Shown piece after piece: positions 1 to 9,108 of a DNA stretch of 64,000 bases (the stretch's first letter is position 1; each line of letters opens with the position of its first letter). This DNA comes from Thermoanaerobaculia bacterium. GTDB taxonomy: Bacteria; Acidobacteriota; Thermoanaerobaculia; UBA5066. Both the position numbers and the translations under genes were made by a program. The notes under the pieces were generated by a model. The model ran no database searches and was not told where the DNA came from. It saw nothing but the letters and a program-made list of their open reading frames with translations. The stretch is from NCBI GenBank assembly GCA_963719225.1, contig CAVRAY010000001.1:1920001-1984000 (forward strand), read 5' to 3'.

Positions 1-69
1 GCTGGCGCCCGCCACAATGGCCGTGCGTCCTGACATGAGTTGCTCCCTGATTGTAGGCGAGAATCGGGT

Positions 70-1638
70 GTGGCCACGGTCGAAACGATCCTGACCCTTC
101 TCGTCCTCACCACTGCGCTCGCGTTCCTGGCACGCAAGGTGAACGTGCCCTATCCGATCGTTCTCGTCGTCGCGGGGATGGGCCTGGCGTTCGTGCCGGG
201 TCTTCCACGCGTGACGCTCGACCCGCAGATCGTCTTCCTGCTCTTCCTGCCGCCGATCCTCTATGCCGCCGCGTATTTCACGTCGTGGCGCGACTTCCGG
301 ACGAACCTCTTCTCGATCTCCCTGCTGGCCGTGGGCCTCGTCATCGCGACGATGACGGCCGTCGCGGCGGCGGTCCACGCGCTCGTCCCGGGAGTCTCGT
401 GGCCCGTCGCCCTCGTGCTCGGCGCGATCGTCTCGCCGCCGGACGCGATCGCCGCCACCGCGATCGCGCAGCGGCTACATCTTCCGCGACAGATCGTGAC
501 GATTCTCGAGGGGGAAAGCCTGGTGAACGACGCGACGGGCCTCGTGCTCCTGAAGTTCGCGACGGCCGCCGTCGTGACGGGCAAGTTCGCGATCGCGTCC
601 GGCGTCCTCGAGTTCCTGGGCCTCGTCGCGGGAGGGATCGGCGTGGGGCTCGCGATGGGGTATCTCTTCGTCTGGGTCCAGCGCTTTCTCGACGAGCCGA
701 TCCTCGCGACGACGGCGTCGATCCTCTTCTCGTTTCTCATCTTCATCGTGGCGGAACGCCTGCACGTCTCGGGCGTCCTCGCCGTTGTCGTCGGGGGGCT
801 GATCCAGGGGCGCTACGTGCCGCACATCTGGTCATCCGCGACGCGGCTGGAGGGAGCCGCCGTCTGGCAGACGCTCGTCTTCCTGCTCAATGCGCTCGTG
901 TTCGTCCTCATCGGGCTCCAGCTCCCGATGATCCTCAAAGGCCTCGACCAGCCCTGGCCCACCGTGGTGGATGGCGTGTTCGCTTCGTTCGGCGCCATGG
1001 TCGTCGTCCGACTCGTGTGGATGTTTCCGGGCGCGTATCTGCCCCGATTCCTCTCGGAAAAGTTCCGGACGACGCATCCGTACCCGCCGTGGCAGGCCGT
1101 GACGATCGTGGGCTGGGCCGGGATGCGCGGCGTGGTCTCGCTCGCGGCCGCGCTCTCGCTGCCCTTCACCCTGGCGGACGGAAGCCCGTTTCCAGCGCGG
1201 AACTTTCTCATCTTCCTCACGTTTGCCGTCATTCTGGGCTCGCTCCTGGTCCAGGGACTCACGCTGCCGCCGCTGATCCGCTGGCTTCGCGTCGCGGAAG
1301 ACCGGACTTCCGAGCGCGAGGAGCGACACGCCCGTCTGAAGCTCGCCGAGGCCGCGATCGGGCATCTCGACGGGAAGATGGACGCGGGCACGATGCACGC
1401 GCACCAGGTTCATCCCGTGAGACAGGAGTACGTGCAGAGGATTCGGTCCCTGAGGGGTCTCGAGGGCGAGGCGCCGGCCGGGCTCGCGACGGTCGGCACC
1501 ACGAAGGCGCTGCGCCGCGAGGCCCTCGACGTCCAGCGCGATCAGCTCCTCAAGCTCCGCCAGGAGGAAGTCATCGGCGACGACGTCCTGAACCGGATCC
1601 AGTACGAGCTGGACCTCGAGGAGCTGGGGTTGAGGTGA
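70..1638 (+). CDS. Na+/H+ antiporter, CPA1 family (NhaP/YjcE-like)
   Basis: About 12 hydrophobic segments with LFLPPILY, SPPDAIA, ILEGESLVNDA and WAGMRGVVSLAAAL motifs. Start placed at GTG 70 (ORF track starts at TTG 40). Confidence 0.92.
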   Translation: MATVETILTLLVLTTALAFLARKVNVPYPIVLVVAGMGLAFVPGLPRVTLDPQIVFLLFLPPILYAAAYFTSWRDFRTNLFSISLLAVGLVIATMTAVAAAVHALVPGVSWPVALVLGAIVSPPDAIAATAIAQRLHLPRQIVTILEGESLVNDATGLVLLKFATAAVVTGKFAIASGVLEFLGLVAGGIGVGLAMGYLFVWVQRFLDEPILATTASILFSFLIFIVAERLHVSGVLAVVVGGLIQGRYVPHIWSSATRLEGAAVWQTLVFLLNALVFVLIGLQLPMILKGLDQPWPTVVDGVFASFGAMVVVRLVWMFPGAYLPRFLSEKFRTTHPYPPWQAVTIVGWAGMRGVVSLAAALSLPFTLADGSPFPARNFLIFLTFAVILGSLLVQGLTLPPLIRWLRVAEDRTSEREERHARLKLAEAAIGHLDGKMDAGTMHAHQVHPVRQEYVQRIRSLRGLEGEAPAGLATVGTTKALRREALDVQRDQLLKLRQEEVIGDDVLNRIQYELDLEELGLR

Positions 1639-1644
1639 CGAACC

Positions 1645-3396
1645 CTAGCGGATCACCGGCGTCGGCGCTTCGCCTTCGACCCACCGGTAGAGGCCGGGCG
1701 AGAGGTCCTTCGCCGAAGCCATCGTCGCGTCCGGCCAGTGGACGTCGACCGAGTCGGCCTTCGCCGCCTGGCCGAGGCCGATGACGACGGTTCGGTCGCT
1801 CGCCGAAAGATAGCCGTCGCCGCCCGAGATCTCGTCGACGCGCTTGCGAGATCCCACCGTCGAAACCACGCGGGCGCCGAGGGCTGCGCGGTTCTTCCTC
1901 TTCGTGGCGAGCTGGAGTCTCACGGCGCGCGCGGGGGTCTCCGTGACGTTCCGGAAGACGCGGGCGGGGCCGCCGTTCTCGGTGACGACGAGGTCGGCCC
2001 GGCCGTCGCCGTCGAAGTCGGCCACGGCGAGGCCTCGCCCCACGATCGGGACGAGGAAGCTCGCGCCGGCCTGCGACGAGACGTCGGCGAACCGCCCGGC
2101 GCCGAGCCCGCGGAATAGGAGCGTCGGCTGCCGGTACGTGACGGTCGGCTGCACGTCCTGGACGGAGGTCTCCACGTGACCGTTCACGCCCACGACGTCC
2201 AGGATTCCGTCGAGGTCGAAGTCGGCAAATGCGACGCCGAACGTGAGCGGAAGGAGCGACGTCCGTCCGATGCCGCTTTGGACGGACTCGTCCACGAAGA
2301 AATCGCCCTTCGGCCCGGCGCTCCAGACGGACCACATCTCGTTCGAGAAGTTGCCGATCACGAGCGAGGTCCCGCCCTCGTTCTTCGTGTCCCCGAAGGC
2401 CACGCCCATCGCCCCGCGCGCGCGGCCGTCCTCTCCCACGGCAACGCCCGTCTCGACGGCGGCGTCGCGGAAGATCGGGATGCCGTTCACGGTCTTCTCG
2501 TTCCGGCAGAGGTTGTTCGGAGACGTGTCGTTCGCGACGACCATGTCGATGCGGCCGTCGCCGTCGACGTCACGCACGGCCACGCCGAGCGCCTTGCCGA
2601 GAGGGTTCACGAGGCCCGCTTCCTTCGTGATGTCGCGGAAGCGGCCGCCGCCGAGGCCCTTGTAGAGGCGCGAAGGCGTTCCCGGATAACGCTCGGGCGT
2701 GCAATAGGACTTCGTCTTGCCGTCCAGCGAGCAGTACATGTCCGTCTTCGGCGTCCAGTTCACGTACTGGCCGACGAAGAGGTCGAGCGTGCCGTCCCCG
2801 TCGAAATCCGCGAACGCCGCGGACGTCCCCCAGCCCGACCCGACGAGACCGGAGCCCTTCGTCGCGTCGCGGAAGCGTCCCTTCCCGTCGTTCAGGAAGA
2901 GCCGGATGTCGTCGAGGCCCGTGATGACGACGTCGGGGAACCCGTCGTCGTTCACGTCGCCGACGGCGACCCCCATGCCGAAGAGGGAGACTCCCAGGCC
3001 GCTCTCCTTCGTCCTGTCCTCGAAGCGGATGGGGCCGCCGGGGCTCGTGACGTTGCGGTAGAAGGCGAGCGTGGCCCGGGCCGCCGTCCCGCGCGGGTCT
3101 CCCGCCCAGTAGCGGCCGTTGACGAAGAGGAGGTCGACGCGGCCGTCGCCGTCCGCGTCGAACGCGGCCACGCCCGATCCCATCGTCTCGGGCATCCACT
3201 TCTTGCCGGCGGCGCCGTTCACGTGCGTGAAGGCCACTCCGGAGGCTTTCGTCACGTCCTCGAATCGAATCGAGGAGACCGCGCGCGTCGGCTCGGGCGC
3301 CGGAGTGGGGGAGACGGGTTTCGCCTCGGGTTTGCGGCAGGCAGTAGCGGCGAACGCAAGGGCAAGAAAGAGAGGAAGATTTCTTAGAATGGTCAT
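1645..3396 (-). CDS. CRTAC1/ASPIC-UnbV family FG-GAP repeat lipoprotein
   Basis: Lipobox-like AATAC, PETMGSG motif, repeated DxDGDGxxDL FG-GAP units, C-terminal GGDGYLS..GLG ASPIC/UnbV domain. Start ATG 3396. Confidence 0.9.
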   Translation of the reverse strand: MTILRNLPLFLALAFAATACRKPEAKPVSPTPAPEPTRAVSSIRFEDVTKASGVAFTHVNGAAGKKWMPETMGSGVAAFDADGDGRVDLLFVNGRYWAGDPRGTAARATLAFYRNVTSPGGPIRFEDRTKESGLGVSLFGMGVAVGDVNDDGFPDVVITGLDDIRLFLNDGKGRFRDATKGSGLVGSGWGTSAAFADFDGDGTLDLFVGQYVNWTPKTDMYCSLDGKTKSYCTPERYPGTPSRLYKGLGGGRFRDITKEAGLVNPLGKALGVAVRDVDGDGRIDMVVANDTSPNNLCRNEKTVNGIPIFRDAAVETGVAVGEDGRARGAMGVAFGDTKNEGGTSLVIGNFSNEMWSVWSAGPKGDFFVDESVQSGIGRTSLLPLTFGVAFADFDLDGILDVVGVNGHVETSVQDVQPTVTYRQPTLLFRGLGAGRFADVSSQAGASFLVPIVGRGLAVADFDGDGRADLVVTENGGPARVFRNVTETPARAVRLQLATKRKNRAALGARVVSTVGSRKRVDEISGGDGYLSASDRTVVIGLGQAAKADSVDVHWPDATMASAKDLSPGLYRWVEGEAPTPVIR

Positions 3397-3454
3397 GGGG
3401 GCGAAAATGTTACTCCAGGGAGCGACGGCGCGGATCCATCGTAGAGTCCGTGGG

Positions 3455-6154
3455 ATGAAGCGAGCGGTTTCGACGCTTTCTTTCGCAGCTGTCCTTCTTT
3501 CGGTCTTCACGGCGTCCGTCTCGAGGGCTGAGTCCCCGCCGCCTCCGAAGCTTCGCCTGCCCGCGGGAGCCGCTCCACTGGGCTACGCCGCGGAGCTCTG
3601 GATCGACCCTTCCCAGGGGACGTTCAAGGGGAAGATAGAGATAGAAATCTCTTCGAAAGGCGAAGAGGGCACCGTCTGGTTGAACGCCAGGGATCTGGTC
3701 GTGGAAACGGCGTCCGCCCGCCGCGCCGAGGGGGGCGAGGCGAATCCCGCCGCTGCGGCTTTGGCAGGCAGGGACTTCGTCTCCCTCACCTTTCAAAGAA
3801 ATCTTTCTCCCGGCCGGTGGATCCTGAGCCTCGAGTACAAGGGCCGCGTCGACCTCAAGGACACCCACGGCCTCTTCCGGCAACGGGAGGGAGACGACTG
3901 GTATGTCTTCAGCCAGTTCGAAGCCATCTCGGCGAGACGGGCGTTCCCCTGCTTCGACGAGCCGGGATTCAAGGTCCCGTGGCAGCTCACGCTGCACGTC
4001 CCGAGGCACCACGTCGCCGTCTCGAACACGCCGGTCCTCTCCGAGGCCGACGAAGCGGGCGGCACGAAGAAGGTGGTGTTCGAGCGGACGAAGCCCCTCC
4101 CGAGCTACCTGATCGCTCTCGGAGTCGGACCGTTCGATGTCGTGTCCGCGGGCACGGCCGGCCGGAACAAGGTCCCGATCCGGATGATCGTTCCGAAGGG
4201 CCGCGGCGCCGAGGCGCGCTGGGCCGTCGCGTCCACGGGAACGATCCTCGATCTCCTTGAGACCTATTTCGACATTCCGTACCCTTACGAGAAGCTCGAT
4301 CACCTCGTGATTCCCCAGACCGTCGGATTCGGGGCGATGGAGAACCCGGGCCTCGTCACGTACGTCTCGACGTCCATCCTCGCGAAGAGTGCCGACGAGA
4401 CGATCCTCTTCCGGAGGCGATACGCGGGCGTCTGCGCCCACGAGACCGCGCACCAGTGGTTCGGCGACTTCGTGACGATGGCCTGGTGGGACGACGTGTG
4501 GCTGAACGAGTCTTTCGCGACGTGGATGGCGAACAAGATCATCGGGAAGTGGAAACCCGAGTGGGGCTCGCGCGCGGCACGTGTCTCGACGCGCTCCTAC
4601 GCCATGGACCTGGATTCCCTCGTTTCAGCCCGGCGCATCCGCCAGCCCATCGAATCCAACGACGACATCGAAAACGCGTTCGACGGCATCACGTACCAGA
4701 AGGGCGGCGCCGTTCTCGACATGTTCGAGTCGTGGGTCGGCGAAGAGACCTTCCGGAAAGGCGTTCACCAGTACCTGAAATCGCACGCGTTCGGCAACGC
4801 GACGGCGGCCGACTTCGTCGGAGCCATCGCCTCCGAGGCGAGGAAGCCGGAGCTGAACGCCGCTTTCTTCTCGTTCCTCGACCAGCCGGGGGTTCCGCTC
4901 GTGTCGGTCGAGCTGACCTGTACGGGAGGCGCGCCCCGCGTGCTCCTGTCGCAGAAGCGCTTTCTGCCCGCCGGCTCCTCGGGCTCGACGCGGGAGACCT
5001 GGCGCATTCCGGTCTGCGTGCGGACCGGCGAAGTCGGGGCGGCCCCCGTCTGCACTTTGCTCACGGAGGAAAAGGGGAGCCTCGCGCTCCCGGGGGCCTG
5101 CCCCGAGCGGGTCGTCGCGAACGCCGCTTCCGCCGGCTACTACCGGGTGCTGTACAAGGGAAGCGCGCTCGGAAAGGCGCTCGCCGATTCCGGGAGGCAC
5201 CTCTCGCCGGTCGAACGCATCGCCGTGCTGGTGGACGTGGCGGCTCTCGCGCGCACGGGCGAGGTGCCGATGGCGACGGCGCTCGCGCTCGTGCCCGCCT
5301 TCGCCGGCGATCCGGATCGACAGGTCGTGGAGGCGATGGCTCGAATCGCGGCGTCGCCGCGCGATCTCTTCGTCACGGACGAGCTGCGTCCGAACTACCG
5401 GCGCTTCGTGTCTGACGCGTTCGGCGCGCGGGCGCGGGCTCTCGGCCTGAAGTCGAAGCCGGGCGAGGACGACGACACGAAGCTCCTCCGGTCGGCCCTG
5501 GTCGGCCTCGTCGCGGATGAAGCGGACGATCCGGCGCTCGTCGCCGAGGCTTCGTCGCTCGCGAAGAAGTGGCTCACCGACCGTTCCGCGATCGAGCCGG
5601 AGATGCTGCCCACGGTGCTGACGGTGGCGGCCCGGCACGGCGACGCGGAGACGTTCACGGCGTTCCTGGCCGCGGCGAAGACGTCGCGGGACCGGCGCGA
5701 GCGCGGGCGCCTTCTCGCGGCTCTCGGCGCTTTCCGCGATCCGTCCGTCCAGAAGCTCGCTTTGAACGTCACACTTTCTCCCGATTTCGACGCGCGCGAG
5801 TCGCTCGTGGTGCTCCGCGAGGCGGCCGCCGACCGCGTGACGCGCGAGGGCGCCTGGGCGTTCCTGAAGGCGAACTTCGCCGCGCTCGCCGCGCGGCTCC
5901 CGAGCGAGTCTCCCGCCGGGTTCCCGCAGCTCACCGCCGGTTTCAGCGACGAGGCGCACCGGGCGGACGTCGCGGCTTTCTTCAAGGACAAGGCCCCGAA
6001 CTACACCGGCGGTCCGAGGCGCCTCGCGCAATCGCTCGAACAGATCCAGCTCAAGGCCGCCCTCCGCGCCGCGCAGCAGGAGAGTGTGACCGCCTTTCTC
6101 AAGAACTATCCGGCCAAGCCCATGATCGACGTCCGGCCCCAGACGGGCATCTAG
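3455..6154 (+). CDS. M1 family aminopeptidase with ERAP1-like C-terminal domain, secreted
   Basis: Signal peptide, SQFE..ARRAFPCFDEP, GAMEN, HETAHQWFG..WLNES, YQKG. Start ATG 3455. Confidence 0.93.
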   Translation: MKRAVSTLSFAAVLLSVFTASVSRAESPPPPKLRLPAGAAPLGYAAELWIDPSQGTFKGKIEIEISSKGEEGTVWLNARDLVVETASARRAEGGEANPAAAALAGRDFVSLTFQRNLSPGRWILSLEYKGRVDLKDTHGLFRQREGDDWYVFSQFEAISARRAFPCFDEPGFKVPWQLTLHVPRHHVAVSNTPVLSEADEAGGTKKVVFERTKPLPSYLIALGVGPFDVVSAGTAGRNKVPIRMIVPKGRGAEARWAVASTGTILDLLETYFDIPYPYEKLDHLVIPQTVGFGAMENPGLVTYVSTSILAKSADETILFRRRYAGVCAHETAHQWFGDFVTMAWWDDVWLNESFATWMANKIIGKWKPEWGSRAARVSTRSYAMDLDSLVSARRIRQPIESNDDIENAFDGITYQKGGAVLDMFESWVGEETFRKGVHQYLKSHAFGNATAADFVGAIASEARKPELNAAFFSFLDQPGVPLVSVELTCTGGAPRVLLSQKRFLPAGSSGSTRETWRIPVCVRTGEVGAAPVCTLLTEEKGSLALPGACPERVVANAASAGYYRVLYKGSALGKALADSGRHLSPVERIAVLVDVAALARTGEVPMATALALVPAFAGDPDRQVVEAMARIAASPRDLFVTDELRPNYRRFVSDAFGARARALGLKSKPGEDDDTKLLRSALVGLVADEADDPALVAEASSLAKKWLTDRSAIEPEMLPTVLTVAARHGDAETFTAFLAAAKTSRDRRERGRLLAALGAFRDPSVQKLALNVTLSPDFDARESLVVLREAAADRVTREGAWAFLKANFAALAARLPSESPAGFPQLTAGFSDEAHRADVAAFFKDKAPNYTGGPRRLAQSLEQIQLKAALRAAQQESVTAFLKNYPAKPMIDVRPQTGI

Positions 6155-6158
6155 CAGC

Positions 6159-8570
6159 GTGCGGCGGATCGCCTCGACGTTTCTTCTCGCGGCATTCACC
6201 GCTCTGCCGGCGCGCGACGCGACCGCCCAGGTCGAAGCGACGGTACGGGTGTCCGACTCCGGCTACGAGGCTCTTTGCGCGGCGCGACCCGTCGAGCCCC
6301 TTGCGGTACGGGGGCTCACCGTGGAACGGGACGTGATCCGCTTCGAGTTCGAATCGGGACTGTTCTGGCTTCTGCCGTCCGTACGGGGCCGCGTGACGGG
6401 TGCGGTCTTCGAGGGCAAGGGCCGCTATAGCCTCACGCCGGCCAGCAACTCTGAAAAGCGGCACCTCGCCGTCGTGACCGAGAACAAGAGCTTCTCGGTC
6501 CTGACGGACTCGTTCGAGGAGCTCATTCTTCTCTTCACCGACGGGACAGCGGACGAGGTCAGGAAGAACGGCACGCCGTCCGGCGCTTCCGCCGAGAAGG
6601 CGTCCTCCGCCTGGGAGAATTTCTGGAAACGCGAGCGGAAGGACCATCGCCCGAATCTCCGCCTCCGTCTCCTCGCCGACCTCGTCGAGAAGACGCCCGC
6701 TTCCCGGGGGGTGTTCCTCGCGTTCACGGAGGGAAAGAAGCTTCCTTCCGCGCTCATGGCCGTGGACCCGCGCGGGATCGAAAGCCTGAGCCTGGCATCG
6801 CACCTCGGAGACGAGAAGGTGATGTTCCTTTCCTTCGACGACCAGCACCGCGGGTTCTGGTACCTGAGCCCGCGAAAGGATGCGCCCCAGGGCCGGCGCT
6901 CGACCGACATGTCTCCGGCGGAAGCCGCGCATTTCACGATCGACACGCGGATCAAGAAGAACGCCGGCCTCGAGGGCACAGCCGCGATCCGCTTCAGGGT
7001 CTCGAGACCGGGGACGCAGCTTCTGCGCCTTCACCTCCTCTCGAAGCTCCACGTCGGCAGCGCGTCGTTCGCGGCGGGAGACGGAGCTCCCAAGCCCGTG
7101 GAGTTCATCCAGGACGGAGGCCTCGCCGTCGTGCTCCCCGAGCCCATGAACGTGGGCGACGGCGGAACGCTTTCGATCGAGTACTCGGGAGAGAGCGTCC
7201 TCGAGGACGCCGGCGACGGCAACTTCTACGTGAGCGCACGCCAGAGCTGGTATCCGAACTTCGGCACCTTCACGCAGCCCGCGACGTTCGACCTGACCTA
7301 CCGCGTTCCCCCGAAATACGAGGTCGTCTCCGTCGGCACGCTCGTGGAATCCAGAGTGGAGAAGGATGCCGTCTTCAGCCGGTGGAAAGTCGAGTCGCCG
7401 ATCCGAGTGGCCGGTTTCAACTACGGGCGCTTCCGGAAGCTCGAGAAGAAAGATCCCGAGACCGGGTTCGACATTCGCGTCTTCACGAACCCCGGCGAGC
7501 CGTCCATCGCACGCGAGCTCAAGGCCATGTTCGAGCTGGCGAGGTTCAACACGAGCCGGCTCGCCGATTCGGCTCTCGCGGACGGCATCAACTCGGCACG
7601 GACGTTCGAGACCTTCTTCGGGCCGCTCGCGCACAAGGAGATCTCGATCACGCAACAGGCTCAGTGGAACTTCGGCCAGTCCTGGCCTTCGCTCGTCTTC
7701 CTGCCGTACATCGCATTCCTCGATTCGCTCACACGGCAGCAGCTCGGTCTCGGAGGGGCGACATCGTTCGTCGACGAGGTCGGCTACCACGAGTTCTCGC
7801 ACCAGTGGTGGGGCCACCACGTCGGGTGGGCCACGTACCACGATCAGTGGCTTTCGGAGGGATTCGCGGAGTTCTCGGCGGCTCTGGCCGTCCAGCAGAC
7901 CCAGGGCATCAAGAGCTACGTGGCCTTCTGGTCCGGCGCCCGGAAGCGGATTCTCGAGACGCAGCGCGGCGGGCATCAGCCGGCGGCCGACGTCGGCCCC
8001 ATCACGCTCGGGTTCCGGCTCGCCGACCGGCGGGACCCGCACGCTTACCAGGCGCTCGTCTATTCGAAGGGCGGATACGTCCTTCACATGTTGCGGATGC
8101 TCATGTGGGATTCGAAAGACAAGAACTCCGACGCGCGCTTCATCGCGATGATGAAGGACTACACGTCCACCTGGGCCGGGAGAAACCCCTCCACGGACGA
8201 CTTCAAGGCGGTCGTCGAGCGCCATATCGCTCCCGCGATGGACCTCAGGAAGGACGGCAAGCTGGATTGGTTCTTCGACCAATGGGTCAACGGAACCGAG
8301 ATCCCGACTTTCACGAACAAGCTCGAGATCAAGGACGAGGGCGGCGGAAAGTACCGGATCACGGGTGAGGTGAGCCAGTCCGGCGTCTCGCCCGGCTTTC
8401 TGACCTCGCTTCCTCTCTACGTGGAGTTCGACAAGGGAGACCTCGCCCGCCTCGGCACGCTCCTCATGAACGGCGTCGCGACCGTCACGGCGAACACCGA
8501 GATCCGCCTGCCGAAGAAGCCGAAGCGCCTCGTCATCAACGCGTACCGCGACGTCCTCTCGCGGGACTGA
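6159..8570 (+). CDS. M1-like (gluzincin) metallopeptidase, secreted
   Basis: Signal peptide, HEFSHQWWG..WLSEGFAE and YSKG. GQSWP occupies the GAMEN position. Confidence 0.85.
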   Translation: MRRIASTFLLAAFTALPARDATAQVEATVRVSDSGYEALCAARPVEPLAVRGLTVERDVIRFEFESGLFWLLPSVRGRVTGAVFEGKGRYSLTPASNSEKRHLAVVTENKSFSVLTDSFEELILLFTDGTADEVRKNGTPSGASAEKASSAWENFWKRERKDHRPNLRLRLLADLVEKTPASRGVFLAFTEGKKLPSALMAVDPRGIESLSLASHLGDEKVMFLSFDDQHRGFWYLSPRKDAPQGRRSTDMSPAEAAHFTIDTRIKKNAGLEGTAAIRFRVSRPGTQLLRLHLLSKLHVGSASFAAGDGAPKPVEFIQDGGLAVVLPEPMNVGDGGTLSIEYSGESVLEDAGDGNFYVSARQSWYPNFGTFTQPATFDLTYRVPPKYEVVSVGTLVESRVEKDAVFSRWKVESPIRVAGFNYGRFRKLEKKDPETGFDIRVFTNPGEPSIARELKAMFELARFNTSRLADSALADGINSARTFETFFGPLAHKEISITQQAQWNFGQSWPSLVFLPYIAFLDSLTRQQLGLGGATSFVDEVGYHEFSHQWWGHHVGWATYHDQWLSEGFAEFSAALAVQQTQGIKSYVAFWSGARKRILETQRGGHQPAADVGPITLGFRLADRRDPHAYQALVYSKGGYVLHMLRMLMWDSKDKNSDARFIAMMKDYTSTWAGRNPSTDDFKAVVERHIAPAMDLRKDGKLDWFFDQWVNGTEIPTFTNKLEIKDEGGGKYRITGEVSQSGVSPGFLTSLPLYVEFDKGDLARLGTLLMNGVATVTANTEIRLPKKPKRLVINAYRDVLSRD

Positions 8571-8588
8571 CCGGCGGGGACGTCCGCG

Positions 8589-9086
8589 TCACCGCCCGTC
8601 CGGGATCCTCGCGAACGTCCGGATCAACGCCACGGTCCAGCCGACCGAGAACACGAGATACGCCCCGAGCACGGGCAGGAAGGTGGTCGTGGGGAGGTCT
8701 CCGCCCCGGCTCGCCAGGGACGTCAGCTCGAAGAGCACGAGGAGGAAGAGCACCGTCGCACACGCGAAGATCTCGAAGGACGACGCGAGCCGTTCCATCG
8801 TCTCCTCGCGTCGCTCGGGCGCGAGCCAGTAGCTCTTGTTCGGCAGGTTGATCAGGCCCGCCGGAGTGAATTTCAACAGCGCGGGGATCGCGACGAAGAG
8901 CGCCGCGATCAGAAGCGTGACGCCGACCTGCATGACGAAGAACTCGTCATGGGTGGACCAGGAGTTCGGATGGCCCGCGGCGTCGAAGTGGGACGGAACC
9001 CGGCCCGGAGCGAAGCTCCACTGGCGGGCGGCCTCGACGAGCGACACGAGGACGAGGCCGAGAAGCAAAACACGCGACCGACGCAT
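8589..9086 (-). CDS. DUF1648-type membrane protein
   Basis: P.RVPSHFDAAG.PNSW signature, INLPNKSYW, four hydrophobic segments. ATG 9086 is preceded by TATCGT+6 nt. Confidence 0.75.
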   Translation of the reverse strand: MRRSRVLLLGLVLVSLVEAARQWSFAPGRVPSHFDAAGHPNSWSTHDEFFVMQVGVTLLIAALFVAIPALLKFTPAGLINLPNKSYWLAPERREETMERLASSFEIFACATVLFLLVLFELTSLASRGGDLPTTTFLPVLGAYLVFSVGWTVALIRTFARIPDGR

Positions 9087-9108
9087 GTCAAGACGATACA
9101 CCGGGCGG